Shown in pieces: positions 42,366 to 53,344 of a DNA stretch of 64,000 nucleotides. Under the pieces are notes generated by a model. It was not told the DNA's origin. It made no database searches and saw only the letters and a list, made by a program, of their open reading frames with translations. The stretch spans positions 76,354-140,353 of the forward strand of contig CAVVUS010000027.1 of NCBI GenBank assembly GCA_963751345.1, read 5' to 3'. Each line of letters starts with the position of its first letter. Within the stretch, counting starts at the first letter, position 1. The stretch comes from an uncultured Chloroflexia bacterium (GTDB lineage Bacteria; Chloroflexota; Anaerolineae; B4-G1; SLSP01). A program made the translations under genes and the position numbers.

Positions 42366-43361
42366 TTACTGGCGCACCGCCCGTTCGCGATTATACAGGA
42401 CCAGCAACAACACCATGATCACACCTTGCACAATGTTGCGTATGGGCTGCGACAGTGCCAGCACTGTAAGCCCATTGCTCAACACGATCATAAGCAGTGC
42501 ACCGGAGATACTGCCGGCAAAACTTCCGATGCCACCGGTAAAGGCTGTGCCACCCACGATCACCGCCACCAGCGAATTGAAAGCATAGTCGTCGAAGATC
42601 TGGCAACGTGCCGTGCCCATATAGGCTGCGCCCAGCATGCCGGCAAATGCGGAGAGCATAGCCGAGAACACGTACATGAGGATGCGGATCCTGTTGACCT
42701 TCACGCCCGTGAGCTCCGCGGCCGTCGGGTTGTTGCCCATGATGAAGAGCTGCTTGCCAAAACGCGAGCGGTTGAGCAAGAAGAAGACCAACGGCATCAA
42801 CACCAGTGCATACAGCGTCAGAGAAGGTAGAAAGCCCCAGATCTTGTTGATGACCGAGCTTACGAAATTCGGTGAGGCATAGCCACTCGGGGTTCCCTGC
42901 GTGAACACATATTCCATTCGGGTCACCACGTTGCTGATAGCCATCGTCACGATCATAGGAGGAAGATCGATCTTGACGGAGCAAAAGCCGTTGAGCAAGC
43001 CTATGATAGCACCCATCCCCATGGCAAGGGCGAACACAAGCGGGAACTTGCCGTTCTGCCCATTCATGACATAGGTGGTCAATATAGCAGCCGAGGACAT
43101 TACGGCGCCCACCGTAAAATCCAACCCTCCGCCTATCAGCACCATCGTCTGGCCTGCCGAGGCGAAGCTCAGCAGTAAGGTCAGGAGCAGGATAGAACCA
43201 AGGGCGCTCATATTGAACGACTTGGGATTGATGGCAACAGTCGTGGCGAAGAGGAGCACAGAGATGATCACCGCCATGCGAGCGGGGCTGCTCTGTATGA
43301 AAACTCGGGCCCTATTGCTCGTCGTCATTCTATCTGCTAGTTTAGCCTGCAACGCGCTCAC
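42366..43361 (-). CDS. Sugar ABC transporter permease (RbsC-like)
   Basis: GGLDFTVG, GNNPTAAELTGV, VIVGGTAFTGG; many TM segments. Confidence 0.92.
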   Translation of the reverse strand: MSALQAKLADRMTTSNRARVFIQSSPARMAVIISVLLFATTVAINPKSFNMSALGSILLLTLLLSFASAGQTMVLIGGGLDFTVGAVMSSAAILTTYVMNGQNGKFPLVFALAMGMGAIIGLLNGFCSVKIDLPPMIVTMAISNVVTRMEYVFTQGTPSGYASPNFVSSVINKIWGFLPSLTLYALVLMPLVFFLLNRSRFGKQLFIMGNNPTAAELTGVKVNRIRILMYVFSAMLSAFAGMLGAAYMGTARCQIFDDYAFNSLVAVIVGGTAFTGGIGSFAGSISGALLMIVLSNGLTVLALSQPIRNIVQGVIMVLLLVLYNRERAVRQ

Positions 43362-43376
43362 CTCCCTCTAGCTGCT

Positions 43377-44471
43377 TCATAAAGCCCCACCCGAGGGCGT
43401 AGCGCCGCCCATTTGCGGTTCAACAACCCGCTGATCCCCCTTGAACTGCCTCACAAATCCCTGCTTGAGAGCCTCGCGCTGCTCCTTAGCGGTCACGATT
43501 GTCATCAACAACCCCAGAAATATGATGATATCGGACACGAGGTTCTGCCAGTAGGAGGTCACGGTGAAACCAGGGATAAGCTTGAAAAGCAGGTTGAAGA
43601 AATAGTAGACTGCACTCTGGATCATCACAAGAAAGCCCGCACCAAAGAAGGCACAGGCCATAGAGCCCCAACCACCAAAGCCCAGACCTCCGATGATGCA
43701 TGCAGACAGCGTACGGAGGCCGTAGGCCTCTGCTTGCAAAGGGTTGCCGGAGGCCGTCATAAGCGTCAGGGAGACCCCGGCCAAACCCGTGATGACTCCC
43801 TTGATCATGAATGCCTGAAACTGCACCCATACCGGGCTGATCCCCGCAGCGAAGGCATTCCGCGGATTACCGCCCACGGCATAGATGTTGCGGCCGAATT
43901 TGGTGCGCATCAGATAAGCCCAGACCAAGAAGACGACAATCAAGAATAGCACCGAGAAGGGAATAACCCCACCAATAAGCGAATCGTAGGTCTTGTAGAA
44001 CACCTCGGGCACCTTGCCCTGCGGCTTGTCCATCACCAGGACGTTGACCCCGCGCACGATGTAGATGAGCGAAAAGCTCGCCAGCATCGCAGGCAGACGC
44101 ACGACCGATACCAATGCCCAACACACCGCGGACACGATAAGAGACGCCAGGATGCCCATCAAGAAGCCCACAAGGAGCGAGACGCCCCACTCTTGAAATA
44201 CCATGATGGATACGACGTTGACCAGCGCTAGCTGTATGCCGATAGAGATATCAAGCGTGCCGGCAATCAACAGCGGGCTCATCGCCATGGTCGCTAGCAG
44301 CAACGGCATGTTCTTTGAGAACAACGTGTTGAGGTTTCTGGTGCCAAAGAACTGCCCCGGGCCTTGCACGACGATATTGAGAACCAGCACAAACAGAAAC
44401 AACGTAAATCCAACAAACGCGGGGGTACGTCGAAAACGTGCAAACGCCCGTTTAATATCGCCCACGCTCAT
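43377..44471 (-). CDS. Sugar ABC transporter permease
   Basis: GTLDISIG, FGRNIYAVGGN; hydrophobic. Confidence 0.92.
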   Translation of the reverse strand: MSVGDIKRAFARFRRTPAFVGFTLFLFVLVLNIVVQGPGQFFGTRNLNTLFSKNMPLLLATMAMSPLLIAGTLDISIGIQLALVNVVSIMVFQEWGVSLLVGFLMGILASLIVSAVCWALVSVVRLPAMLASFSLIYIVRGVNVLVMDKPQGKVPEVFYKTYDSLIGGVIPFSVLFLIVVFLVWAYLMRTKFGRNIYAVGGNPRNAFAAGISPVWVQFQAFMIKGVITGLAGVSLTLMTASGNPLQAEAYGLRTLSACIIGGLGFGGWGSMACAFFGAGFLVMIQSAVYYFFNLLFKLIPGFTVTSYWQNLVSDIIIFLGLLMTIVTAKEQREALKQGFVRQFKGDQRVVEPQMGGATPSGGAL

Positions 44472-45991
44472 GCAGCCTCCTTTGCCGCCTCGGTCTGTTC
44501 ACGCGTCAGGCCCATCATGGCCGCCACCAGCCGCTCAGGTGTCTTGGAGGCGCCGGAAAGCAGACCGCTCACGCGGCCTTCGTAGAAGAGATACACGCGA
44601 TCCGCTATCTCAAGCAGTTCATCATTCTCGCTGGACGAGAGAATGACCGTCATCCCCTCGTCTGCACACTGCCTCAATATCCTGTGTATCTCGCGACGAG
44701 AGTGGATATCCACGCCCTTGGTAGGGTCGTCGAGAAGCAGCAGCGTGGGGTTCATCGCGATCCACCGGGCAACGACCAGCTTTTGCTGGTTGCCGCCCGA
44801 GAGCGAGCTGGCCGGATGCTTGATCGAGCCAACCGTGATGTCATACTTATCCACGGCAGCCTGCGCAAAGTCCCGAACGACTTTGGAGGGCAGATACTTG
44901 AACAGGGCACCCTTTGCCGCACGGCCCGCGAAGATATTCTCCCCCACAGAGCGGTCGGGGAACATCGCTTCGCGATTGCGTTCGCCCGAAATGAAGCCAA
45001 TGCCCTGATAGACGGCGTCCGCGGGGGAGTGAAAGTGGACCTCTTTCCCCATGTATACGATGGTGCCGTCGTCGGGATGCGTCACACCCAGAAGGGCGCG
45101 AATGAACTCCGGCTGCCCCTGCCCTTCTAGGCCACCGATTCCCACGATCTCGCCCTTGTAGGCCTTGAGGGAGATGTCCCTAACTTTGGGATAGAGCGCA
45201 ATATGCTCTACGTCCAGCACGAGATCGCCGCCCTCGTGATCGAGCGACTCCGTCTCGTGGGCCGCCTCCGCATCGGGCCTCTGTCCGGTCATATAGAACA
45301 CGATCTCGTCGAGCGTGACCTCGCCGGTGCTGACGTGCGCCACGGTTTCGCCGCTGCGCATAATGGTAGCCGTATCGCAGATCTCGTAAATCTCGTTCAT
45401 ACGATGGGTCACGTAGATAATTGCAGTACCCTGGGCTTTGAGCTCGCGCAATACGCCAAAGAGCAACTGGACCTCATCGCGATGCAGGGCAGCGGTCACC
45501 TCATCAAGCAACAAGAGGCGCGGCTTAAGGTAGACGGCCTTCGCCACCTCCACCATACTCTGCAGCGACGGCATCAACGTCTGCACATAAGCATAGGGGT
45601 CGCAGTCAATGTGAAATCGATCGAGAAGCGCGACGACATCGCTTAGCGACCTCTTCCGATCCACCATGCCCAGCTTGCCCTCGGGCTCACGTCCAAGCAG
45701 GATGTTATCCAGCACGGTCATCGTAGGTATCAGGCTAAGATCCTGGAAAGCTGTAGCGACTCCGAGACGACGGGAATCCTCACCCGAATGGATGGTCACC
45801 CGCTCCCCGTCGAAGCGTATCTCCCCGCCGTTCGGCTTGACCGTCCCGGCAAGGATCTTCACCATTGTGGATTTGCCGGATCCATTGGAGCCCAGGAGCG
45901 CTCGAATCTCTCCGGGCTCTACCTGCAGCGAAGCACCCTTACAGGCTACAACTGCGTCGTACCTCTTGTCAACTTCACGCATTTCAAACAC
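44468..45991 (-). CDS. Sugar ABC transporter ATP-binding protein (two-domain, RbsA-like)
   Basis: GSNGSGKST, LSGGNQQK, LLDDPTKGVD. Confidence 0.93.
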   Translation of the reverse strand: MFEMREVDKRYDAVVACKGASLQVEPGEIRALLGSNGSGKSTMVKILAGTVKPNGGEIRFDGERVTIHSGEDSRRLGVATAFQDLSLIPTMTVLDNILLGREPEGKLGMVDRKRSLSDVVALLDRFHIDCDPYAYVQTLMPSLQSMVEVAKAVYLKPRLLLLDEVTAALHRDEVQLLFGVLRELKAQGTAIIYVTHRMNEIYEICDTATIMRSGETVAHVSTGEVTLDEIVFYMTGQRPDAEAAHETESLDHEGGDLVLDVEHIALYPKVRDISLKAYKGEIVGIGGLEGQGQPEFIRALLGVTHPDDGTIVYMGKEVHFHSPADAVYQGIGFISGERNREAMFPDRSVGENIFAGRAAKGALFKYLPSKVVRDFAQAAVDKYDITVGSIKHPASSLSGGNQQKLVVARWIAMNPTLLLLDDPTKGVDIHSRREIHRILRQCADEGMTVILSSSENDELLEIADRVYLFYEGRVSGLLSGASKTPERLVAAMMGLTREQTEAAKEAA

Positions 45992-46088
45992 GACTTGCCA
46001 CCTCTGATCGATAATGACGGCACCCAGGGGGGTATGTCGAAACTGCCGGGCTTCGTACCTTCAACTCCATAGGACCGCACCTGCGATT

Positions 46089-46123
46089 GGCTTGGTCGGC
46101 GGAGAGTCTCCGCCGACCAAGCC
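46089..46123 (-). terminator. 17-bp perfect stem-loop downstream of the solute-binding-protein gene
   Basis: ggcttggtcggcggaga g tctccgccgaccaagcc; typical position for a partial terminator or mRNA stabiliser. Confidence 0.65.
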
Positions 46124-46162
46124 CTATCCGGTTCTTGCTGTCCGACGAAAAGCCCCGTACGC

Positions 46163-47257
46163 CTACTGGAAGTACTCGGAGGCTACTTCGTCTATGGTAA
46201 GCCAGTAGGAGATCACATCGCCAGGCGCCATAGACTCGGCCATCGAGCGATACTCTTCCTGGTTATCGTAGGTGTACCACACCTTGGAGGGAAGGTAGAT
46301 GCTGTTGTACTGAGGATTGGAGTAGACGCCGTCCTTGAGCTGCTTACCCATCAACAGGTTCAGTCCAAAGTTCAGGGCAGAGCCGCCCACGCCGGGAGGG
46401 TTCGAAACGACGATGTAGGGCAGAACTTCGCTGTCGGCGTTGATCTTGAGCATGCGCTGCATATACTCGCCGCTGTCGGCAAAGCCCAGGAACTTGGGCA
46501 GCGTGGCGCCTGCGGCATCATAAGCGGCGAGGATATTTTCAGCGCCCTGGGAGACCAGGATGCCGTCGAACTCCAGGCCCGAGTTGAGGATCTCGGTCAT
46601 GATCTGCTGACCCTTCACCGAGTTCCAGTCGTGGTTATAGGTGCCCACGACCTCCAGACCCTGCTCCTCGATGCCCTTCTCAAAACCGGCCTGGCGGTCG
46701 GTGTTGGCGGCATTTCCGTCAAGGGCAGCAATCATCACGACCTTCGCGCCCGGTCCAAGCACCTCACCGGCATACGTGGCGGTCTTGTAGCCGAGATAGT
46801 ACTGGTCGGTCGCGACATTAAGGATCTTGTCGGAGTAATACTCGCAGTCGACGTTGATATAGATGATCCCAGCATCAAGAGCCTTGTCGATAATCGGGTC
46901 GAGGCCAGTGGGAGCTACCGGGTTGACCAAGATGATATCGTAGCCCTCGTTGATGCTGTTCTCAAGCTGCTGCGACTCCGTTGCGGGGTCCCAGTTTGAG
47001 ACGAACGACGCGTACGACACGTTGAGGCCATGATCGATGGCCGCTGCAGCAGCATCCTGAATATCCTGCTCATAGCGGACGCGATAGGCATTGCCTTCGA
47101 TCACGGCGTTATGGGAAGCCAGCTTGACATCTGTAGGACCGGCTTCGGATCCCCCGGCGGGAAGTTCGGTAGGGGCAGGGGCCCCGCCAGGGCTCGCGCA
47201 ACCGACAACCGAGACGGCCAACATGCAAACGACCAGCAAAGCAAACAGGGACTTCAT
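46163..47257 (-). CDS. Sugar ABC solute-binding lipoprotein (periplasmic binding protein type I)
   Basis: MKSLF...VVGC lipobox, GGAGG RBS, YDIILVNP, DRQAGF. Confidence 0.9.
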   Translation of the reverse strand: MKSLFALLVVCMLAVSVVGCASPGGAPAPTELPAGGSEAGPTDVKLASHNAVIEGNAYRVRYEQDIQDAAAAAIDHGLNVSYASFVSNWDPATESQQLENSINEGYDIILVNPVAPTGLDPIIDKALDAGIIYINVDCEYYSDKILNVATDQYYLGYKTATYAGEVLGPGAKVVMIAALDGNAANTDRQAGFEKGIEEQGLEVVGTYNHDWNSVKGQQIMTEILNSGLEFDGILVSQGAENILAAYDAAGATLPKFLGFADSGEYMQRMLKINADSEVLPYIVVSNPPGVGGSALNFGLNLLMGKQLKDGVYSNPQYNSIYLPSKVWYTYDNQEEYRSMAESMAPGDVISYWLTIDEVASEYFQ

Positions 47258-47404
47258 TGCAGTTCCTCCTTGAGAGCCTCGATCAACGATGGACGGAAAT
47301 CCGGACAGATATACTTCATACACACTCCTTCTGTCGGTCGATATGTGGCAAAGCGCATAGATGGGTGGCTGGCAGCGCCTGCCCTGAAGCAACAACACCG
47401 CGCG

Positions 47405-48346
47405 CTAAGCGCTCTCGATCAGACTGTGCAGATACCTCTGCGCCAACCCGATCTGCTTCTCAATGTATTCATAGCCCAGGATTTTCCCGTCTCGGAAGGG
47501 CATGTGGCAGAACTCGTAATTGATGTAGCCCTCATAGCCGATCTTCTTGAGCTCACTGATGAATGCAGGATAGTTCGTCAGCACGGGCTGAATGTTCGGA
47601 TCGAAAGTAACCATGGTGATGGAACCGTCTGGATTCTCCACGAACTCGGCGTTAGCGTGCGAGATCATCTGCAGGTCGCCTACATCGCGCACTGCCTGTT
47701 TCACGTATGCATCGTCTTGTACCACCGCATTCCACCCAAAGCAAGGGACGTCAAGGCTGCACTTGAAATAGGGGGAATCCACCCACTTCACGAAATCCAG
47801 CATATCGTGATACGTCTGGATGATGGGGTGATGATTCTGCAGCGCCAACACGACGCCGGCCTCCTCCGCCCACTTCGCGCACTCCCTAAAGCAGGCTGTG
47901 GCACGCTGGCGAATCTCGTAATCCGTGGAGTCGTAGTAGGTGTGGTGCTTCGCGGTAACCTCATAGGTCGCGATACCATTCCTGAACGTGATGCCTCGCC
48001 AGGCCACGAACAGGCGCAGCACCGGCGCCCCCAGATCCTTGGCAACACGGATTTGCTCCTTCACCATCAGCAGCTCATTCTCGATATGCTCGGGAACCGG
48101 AGAGGTGAAGTTGTTGTTTGCAGCTACGCCGGCCATCTCCAGACCCTGCTTGTCAGCATAAGCCCTGATCTGCTTGCAGCGCTCTGTAGTGAGATCCAGC
48201 GGAGAACCATGAGGACGCTTGAGATCGATCTCTACACCCTCGTAGCCGTACTTCTTCGCAGTGTCGATGAATTCCTCGACGGTCAGGGCAGGCTTATCGT
48301 TGTACCAAGTGCCGGAACAAGAGATCGAATACAGACCGACTTTCAT
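47405..48346 (-). CDS. Sugar phosphate isomerase/epimerase family protein
   Basis: YGYEGVEI, LALQNHH, SLD, YINYEFC. Confidence 0.85.
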   Translation of the reverse strand: MKVGLYSISCSGTWYNDKPALTVEEFIDTAKKYGYEGVEIDLKRPHGSPLDLTTERCKQIRAYADKQGLEMAGVAANNNFTSPVPEHIENELLMVKEQIRVAKDLGAPVLRLFVAWRGITFRNGIATYEVTAKHHTYYDSTDYEIRQRATACFRECAKWAEEAGVVLALQNHHPIIQTYHDMLDFVKWVDSPYFKCSLDVPCFGWNAVVQDDAYVKQAVRDVGDLQMISHANAEFVENPDGSITMVTFDPNIQPVLTNYPAFISELKKIGYEGYINYEFCHMPFRDGKILGYEYIEKQIGLAQRYLHSLIESA

Positions 48347-48722
48347 CTCGTAGTACCTCCTCATCGGCGGTGGATGTGGCTGTTACTTTGTTCAGATCCT
48401 AAGCGCCGACAGTCTTGACGTTCGCTCAGATTGGAAAATGCCGGGATGTGCCTTGTCGTTGGTACCTCAATTGAGGAGCTGATTTATCACTTTGCGTGTG
48501 CCGGTCTCTCTGCGGCGGGGCTCACCTGAACCCATCGTGATCCGCGCCGGTCTCGATCTGCCGGCCTAGACACCTCCTTCGATGCGAGTTAGCCCGTCAA
48601 TAGTCCGATCATCTCTGACCATTGGATGGATTTTGCCTGGAAGAAAAACCGGAGGTACTGTGTAGTGTACAGCCATTGTAATATCATCCGGCTGACAGCG
48701 CTAGTGTGAAATCGATCGACTC

Positions 48723-50141
48723 CTACCAGTCAGTCTCGATAGGATCATCCGTCCACAAGATGCCCAGGGCTTCCTGCACACGGGTGAGGTACGCCTCCCG
48801 CATTGCCACCTCTGTCACGCCGTTGATCTGTACGTAGAGCCGTCTGGCATCGCCCGGGTAGAGCCCCATCACGTCCGGTTGCTTCTGCCCGTCGCGATAG
48901 TGATAGGTAAGCTGCAACAGCGGCGTCCCTTCCACTGCAATGTCATCAAGGAACGTGCCATCGTGGGCGGCACTGATGAGCAGGCCATACAAAGCACGGA
49001 AACGCTCGATATCCAATTCCTTCCCGTTACAGGTGACCTGTTTATCCGCGTTGGTCTCACCGGTGATGACAAAGTCATAGTCCTTGCCGCCGGTAGTCAG
49101 CTCGATCTCGCGCACATCTATCAATAGGGGCGAGAGAAACCATCGCACCGGCAGCTTGCCGTATTCGATATTCAGGAAGGCTGGCTCCTGTATAGCATAA
49201 ATTACGCCATTGTCATTGCAGGTAAGATACGTGGCATCGTCCTTCTGCAGCAGTGCCAGGGAGTAGTGCTCCGCGACCGCATCGGCGCCGTTCTTTAGGT
49301 CGAATTCCACACGCATGGTGGGCTCGCCAAACCCAAAAGCCATGATCTCCTCCTGCGTAAGGCCATAGCCCACGATATCATAAGCGGATATCCCAAGAAG
49401 CGAGCCCATCATCTCCACACCGTAGGTCTGGTCCACCTCGTAGACGCCCTTGCCCCGCACGATGTGTGTAGGCGCGCCAAAGGATATTGCCGCCCGTGCT
49501 ACGTCCGGGTCACCTGCAGCCACGGCCTCCAGCGTCACTGGCTCTGCCAACGACCCGCCGATAAAGGTCACATTCAGGACCGCTGAGAGCGGCGAGGACA
49601 TCGCCAGCTTCGGCGTTACCAGATCCTCAACGTAGGCTTTCTTGGGAAGCAGGAAGTCGGCGGAGCGCTTCGATTCCATCAGATATACCGCTGGATCGCC
49701 TTCCACGCTGAAGTAGGTATTCCCCGATACCGGCTCCACATCGCCTATGAGCAACGTCAAAGCGCTGCCCCCCGAATACCCAATCTCAACCCGCGCGGCG
49801 GGCTCGCTCAGACCATAGAGATCCAAATCGCCGGACGCGGAGGTCACGATACGCATCGCATCGACCCTGGCGCAATTCGTCAGCAGATCGATGAACTTCT
49901 CCATATTCACCAGATCAGCTGGGATATCATCCACGAGATAACCCTCACCGGTGAAAGAGACATCGATCGTGTCATACTGGTTACTGATGAAGACGTGGAC
50001 TACATCCGTAGGCTCGGCGGCCTTGAAGGATACCCCGCTGCCCTCTATCTTCTTGGGGTTGAGCAGCAACAGCGCCGATGCAATCGCAAGCAACGCCACT
50101 GCGCTTGCGGCGATCGCCACCAGCCTGCTCTCTCGGGTCAT
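48723..50141 (-). CDS. DUF4340-like membrane-anchored protein
   Basis: N-terminal TM, repeated YGLSEP / FGFGEP motifs, downstream of a GldG-like gene. Confidence 0.7.
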   Translation of the reverse strand: MTRESRLVAIAASAVALLAIASALLLLNPKKIEGSGVSFKAAEPTDVVHVFISNQYDTIDVSFTGEGYLVDDIPADLVNMEKFIDLLTNCARVDAMRIVTSASGDLDLYGLSEPAARVEIGYSGGSALTLLIGDVEPVSGNTYFSVEGDPAVYLMESKRSADFLLPKKAYVEDLVTPKLAMSSPLSAVLNVTFIGGSLAEPVTLEAVAAGDPDVARAAISFGAPTHIVRGKGVYEVDQTYGVEMMGSLLGISAYDIVGYGLTQEEIMAFGFGEPTMRVEFDLKNGADAVAEHYSLALLQKDDATYLTCNDNGVIYAIQEPAFLNIEYGKLPVRWFLSPLLIDVREIELTTGGKDYDFVITGETNADKQVTCNGKELDIERFRALYGLLISAAHDGTFLDDIAVEGTPLLQLTYHYRDGQKQPDVMGLYPGDARRLYVQINGVTEVAMREAYLTRVQEALGILWTDDPIETDW

Positions 50142-50142
50142 G

Positions 50143-51603
50143 TCACTGATACCTTCTGACGAGCCAGATCACGATGCCCGCTGCCAGAACTGCAAGCGGC
50201 AAGACCCCCGCTAGCAGGATGCCCAATGTGTTGCTCTGCGCAGTGGTGATGGAAAGCGTGTTGCCCGCCAAAGACTTGGGTTGGATATTCACTGCGTCGC
50301 TGCGTTCACAGAGCGTATTGAACAGATTGAGAAGATATTGGCTATTCGCCAGCGAGCTGTTTTGGATCGAGAAGGCATCGAGCATAGCGGTGGATGCCGA
50401 CACCACCAGATTGGACCGGAATTGGGTCACGCCGGTCGTCCCATAGATGCGCTTGCTGGCCAGCACCAGTGCGGGCATAGGTCCCCATCGCTCCGCTTGG
50501 TCCACTGTAAAACTGTCGACGGCTTCGGCGGGGCGTACGCCGCTCGTCTCTGAATACTGGAGCAGAATCTCGTTATAGTTGCTGTCTCGCGTCTCAAAGA
50601 GCAGCTCCAAGGGCCGCGACAGGGGCATCAGCACGGGAGAAGAAGCGTCGATCAGCATGTCGCGGTAGCCCTCAGCCACGTACTCCGCCACCGGATAGTA
50701 GGGCTGATACTGATAGGTACGCGTTGCCGTGGTCTCAAATACCGCACCATCGCCAACAATGATACCCCATTCCTTGAGGAATGCCGCCAGGTTAGGCAGC
50801 GAGTCCTGGGTCACGTCGGCCGTGTAGAACAGCGTCTTGCCATAGACACCATCATTGTAGAGAAACGCGTCCAGCTTCTTGAGCGCGTCCTCGGAGAGAT
50901 CGATGCGTGGGCCAAATAACAGTGCTAGGTCATAGGAATCGTCCAACGCATCCGTGGTGAGATTGACCGTGGAGAGCTCGTAGTTGTTCGCGACGAGTAG
51001 GTCGGTAAAGGCGGGCATGTCGATCATGCCGTTGCCTGTGAGTACGGCCACGCGCACCGGATCGCCGCTGACCACGTACAGGATGGCCGAGGTCAGTGCC
51101 TCCTCCGCCCGAGAGGATTGTATGGTCATATTCCCACTCTCGGCATAGGTATAGTTGAACAAGTCCGAGAGTTGCAGTTGCTTGACGCGATCATCGCAGG
51201 TCACCAGCACATCCCCCTGCGACAGGGTGAGGTCCGGATACCTTCTGGCAAAGGTAGGATCGGAAACGTAGTCGACATAGGTCAGGGTCACCCGAGGCGA
51301 GAGCGCGGGATATTGGTCGATGATTCGCTGCGCCTGGACCAGGTAGGGAGAGCCGCCGAAGGCATCCTCTGTGGCCAACACGTAGACGGCCACATCGCTA
51401 TCAAGCCCCTGCAACAGCGCCTTGGTATCTTCGCCTACCTCATAGGCGGCATTTGCCGTGAGGTCGATCGCCAGAGGATAGCGTTGGCCCAACTGCAAGG
51501 CCACAAAGTTGGTCAGGAACACGCCCACGACCAAGAGAGACAGAAGCACCACGAACAAGAGCCGGCGCTGCCGCGATTGCGCGTGGCCCTTGGCTTTCGG
51601 CAT
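50143..51603 (-). CDS. GldG-family ABC auxiliary component
   Basis: IDLTANAAY, EEALTSAI, N- and C-terminal TM helices. Confidence 0.8.
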   Translation of the reverse strand: MPKAKGHAQSRQRRLLFVVLLSLLVVGVFLTNFVALQLGQRYPLAIDLTANAAYEVGEDTKALLQGLDSDVAVYVLATEDAFGGSPYLVQAQRIIDQYPALSPRVTLTYVDYVSDPTFARRYPDLTLSQGDVLVTCDDRVKQLQLSDLFNYTYAESGNMTIQSSRAEEALTSAILYVVSGDPVRVAVLTGNGMIDMPAFTDLLVANNYELSTVNLTTDALDDSYDLALLFGPRIDLSEDALKKLDAFLYNDGVYGKTLFYTADVTQDSLPNLAAFLKEWGIIVGDGAVFETTATRTYQYQPYYPVAEYVAEGYRDMLIDASSPVLMPLSRPLELLFETRDSNYNEILLQYSETSGVRPAEAVDSFTVDQAERWGPMPALVLASKRIYGTTGVTQFRSNLVVSASTAMLDAFSIQNSSLANSQYLLNLFNTLCERSDAVNIQPKSLAGNTLSITTAQSNTLGILLAGVLPLAVLAAGIVIWLVRRYQ

Positions 51604-51647
51604 GGCGCGGTGCCTTACGTGTTTGCATCCATTTCATTCCCGTCACC

Positions 51648-52352
51648 TCAGCGCCAGCTCTCTTTGTCGAGCAGAGCCACGGTCAATAACACGAACAAGG
51701 CGCTGATGCTTAGGAAAAAGACGACGTTGGGCAGGTCCACGATGCCCACCGTAAACGAGGCGTATCGATCGTTGAAGGAGAGATTGCGGAAGAGGGCCTG
51801 CAAGAAGCTGCTGTTGACCACCAGTGCCAGCGCATCCACCAACATCAGGAACAGACTCACGACAAAGCCCGCTACCGCCGCAATGACCTGGCTCTCGGTC
51901 AGTGCTGAGAGGAACATGCAAATCGCAATCAGCGTGATCCCCAGAAGCAGCAATCCAACGAAGTTGCCCAAGATAACCGGCCAATCCGGCGCAGCGAAAA
52001 ATGACATCACCACGGCCTCAATCATCGTCGCGGATATCGCAACCAGAAACACCAATGCCGCCGCCCCATACTTTCCGAGCACAATGCCCATGCGTGAGAT
52101 CGGGGCCGTGAGCAGCAGTTGATCGGTCTTCGAACGCTTATCCTCACTCATCAGGCGCATCGTAAGCACGGGCACCAGGAAGAGCACGACGGGGAATAGC
52201 AGCTCAAAGAGCCGGCTCATGTTGGTGGTGTTCCCATAGAGGTTATAGGTGAAGAAGTAATAGCCCGAGAAAAAGAACATGGCAGACACAAAAACGTAGC
52301 CCAGGGGCGATCGGAAATACGCCCTGACTTCACGCTTGAGTACGGCTAGCAT
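51648..52352 (-). CDS. ABC-2 permease (GldF-like)
   Basis: KREVRAYFRSPLGY, LTMRLMSEDKRSKTDQLLLTAP. Confidence 0.9.
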   Translation of the reverse strand: MLAVLKREVRAYFRSPLGYVFVSAMFFFSGYYFFTYNLYGNTTNMSRLFELLFPVVLFLVPVLTMRLMSEDKRSKTDQLLLTAPISRMGIVLGKYGAAALVFLVAISATMIEAVVMSFFAAPDWPVILGNFVGLLLLGITLIAICMFLSALTESQVIAAVAGFVVSLFLMLVDALALVVNSSFLQALFRNLSFNDRYASFTVGIVDLPNVVFFLSISALFVLLTVALLDKESWR

Positions 52353-53304
52353 CGCTCTCGTCCTTCTTGCGGGTCTGTTCTTCTATCAGCTGGAGAAAGA
52401 CTGTCTCCAGGGAGGTCTCATTGCCGGAGGTGCTCAGCAGCGGCAGATCCGCCTTCGCCAGCGCTCGGAACACATCCGCCCGGATATCCTGCTGTTGGGC
52501 GCCCTCAATGAGATATTCGTAAGCGTCAGGTTCCTTCTGCGCCAGCATCCGGACCTCTTTGAGTCCGGGAACCTGGGTGAGGGCAGCCTGCACCTGCTCT
52601 GGCTCCCCCTGGATGCGGGCCATCACCCGGTGGGCAGCCGGTACCGTCTTGCCCAGGTTCTCCTGCGTGTCGTCGGCCAACAGACGACCATCATAGAGAA
52701 CGATGACCCGTGTACAAATGGCCTGAATCTCGGACAGGACATGAGAAGAGATAATGACCGTGCTGGTCTTTCCGACCTCCTGGATCAGAGAACGAATCTC
52801 GATGATCTGGGAGGGGTCGAGGCCCCCGGTGGGTTCATCCAGGATCAGCACCTTGGGGTCACCGACAAGGGCCTGGGCAAACCCAAGGCGCTGCCTGTAT
52901 CCCTTGGAGAGGTTGCGAATCATTCGACCGGTCATGTGAGCGATGCCCACTCTCTCACAGATACTGGCAACGTGCTCTTTGCGTCCCACCCTCACGCGCT
53001 TGAGATCGCAGACGAAATCCAGGTATTCGCGCACACGCATATCGGTGTAGAAGGCCAACTGCTCGGGCAGATAGCCGATCGCCCGCTTTGCCTCTATCGG
53101 CTCCCGCGAGACATCGTGACCGTCGACGGTCACCGTACCGCTGGTTGCGCCAATGTAGCCGGTCAGGATATTCATGACCGTGGTCTTTCCGGCGCCATTT
53201 AGGCCCAAGAGCCCCAGCACCTCACCACGCTGGACATCAAAGCTCACATTGTCCAGCGCCAGCTTGTCGCCGTACCATTTGGTCAAGCCTTGAACATGGA
53301 TCAA
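52330..53304 (-). CDS. ABC ATP-binding protein (GldA-like)
   Basis: GLNGAGKTT, LSKGYRQR, ILDEPTGGLDP. Confidence 0.92.
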   Translation of the reverse strand: MIHVQGLTKWYGDKLALDNVSFDVQRGEVLGLLGLNGAGKTTVMNILTGYIGATSGTVTVDGHDVSREPIEAKRAIGYLPEQLAFYTDMRVREYLDFVCDLKRVRVGRKEHVASICERVGIAHMTGRMIRNLSKGYRQRLGFAQALVGDPKVLILDEPTGGLDPSQIIEIRSLIQEVGKTSTVIISSHVLSEIQAICTRVIVLYDGRLLADDTQENLGKTVPAAHRVMARIQGEPEQVQAALTQVPGLKEVRMLAQKEPDAYEYLIEGAQQQDIRADVFRALAKADLPLLSTSGNETSLETVFLQLIEEQTRKKDESDASRTQA

Positions 53305-53344
53305 GCCAGTACTTCCTTCCTCGTGACGGCTGACGCCTCACGCG

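Noticed and set aside
47030-48418. Long antisense ORFs (e.g. 462 aa here, also 16488-17555 and 21327-22427)
   Set aside because: Shadows of real genes in high-GC DNA, with no recognisable motifs
48723-53304. Gliding motility system
   Set aside because: GldA/F/G-like ABC modules are widespread in non-gliding bacteria, and no motor or T9SS genes are present
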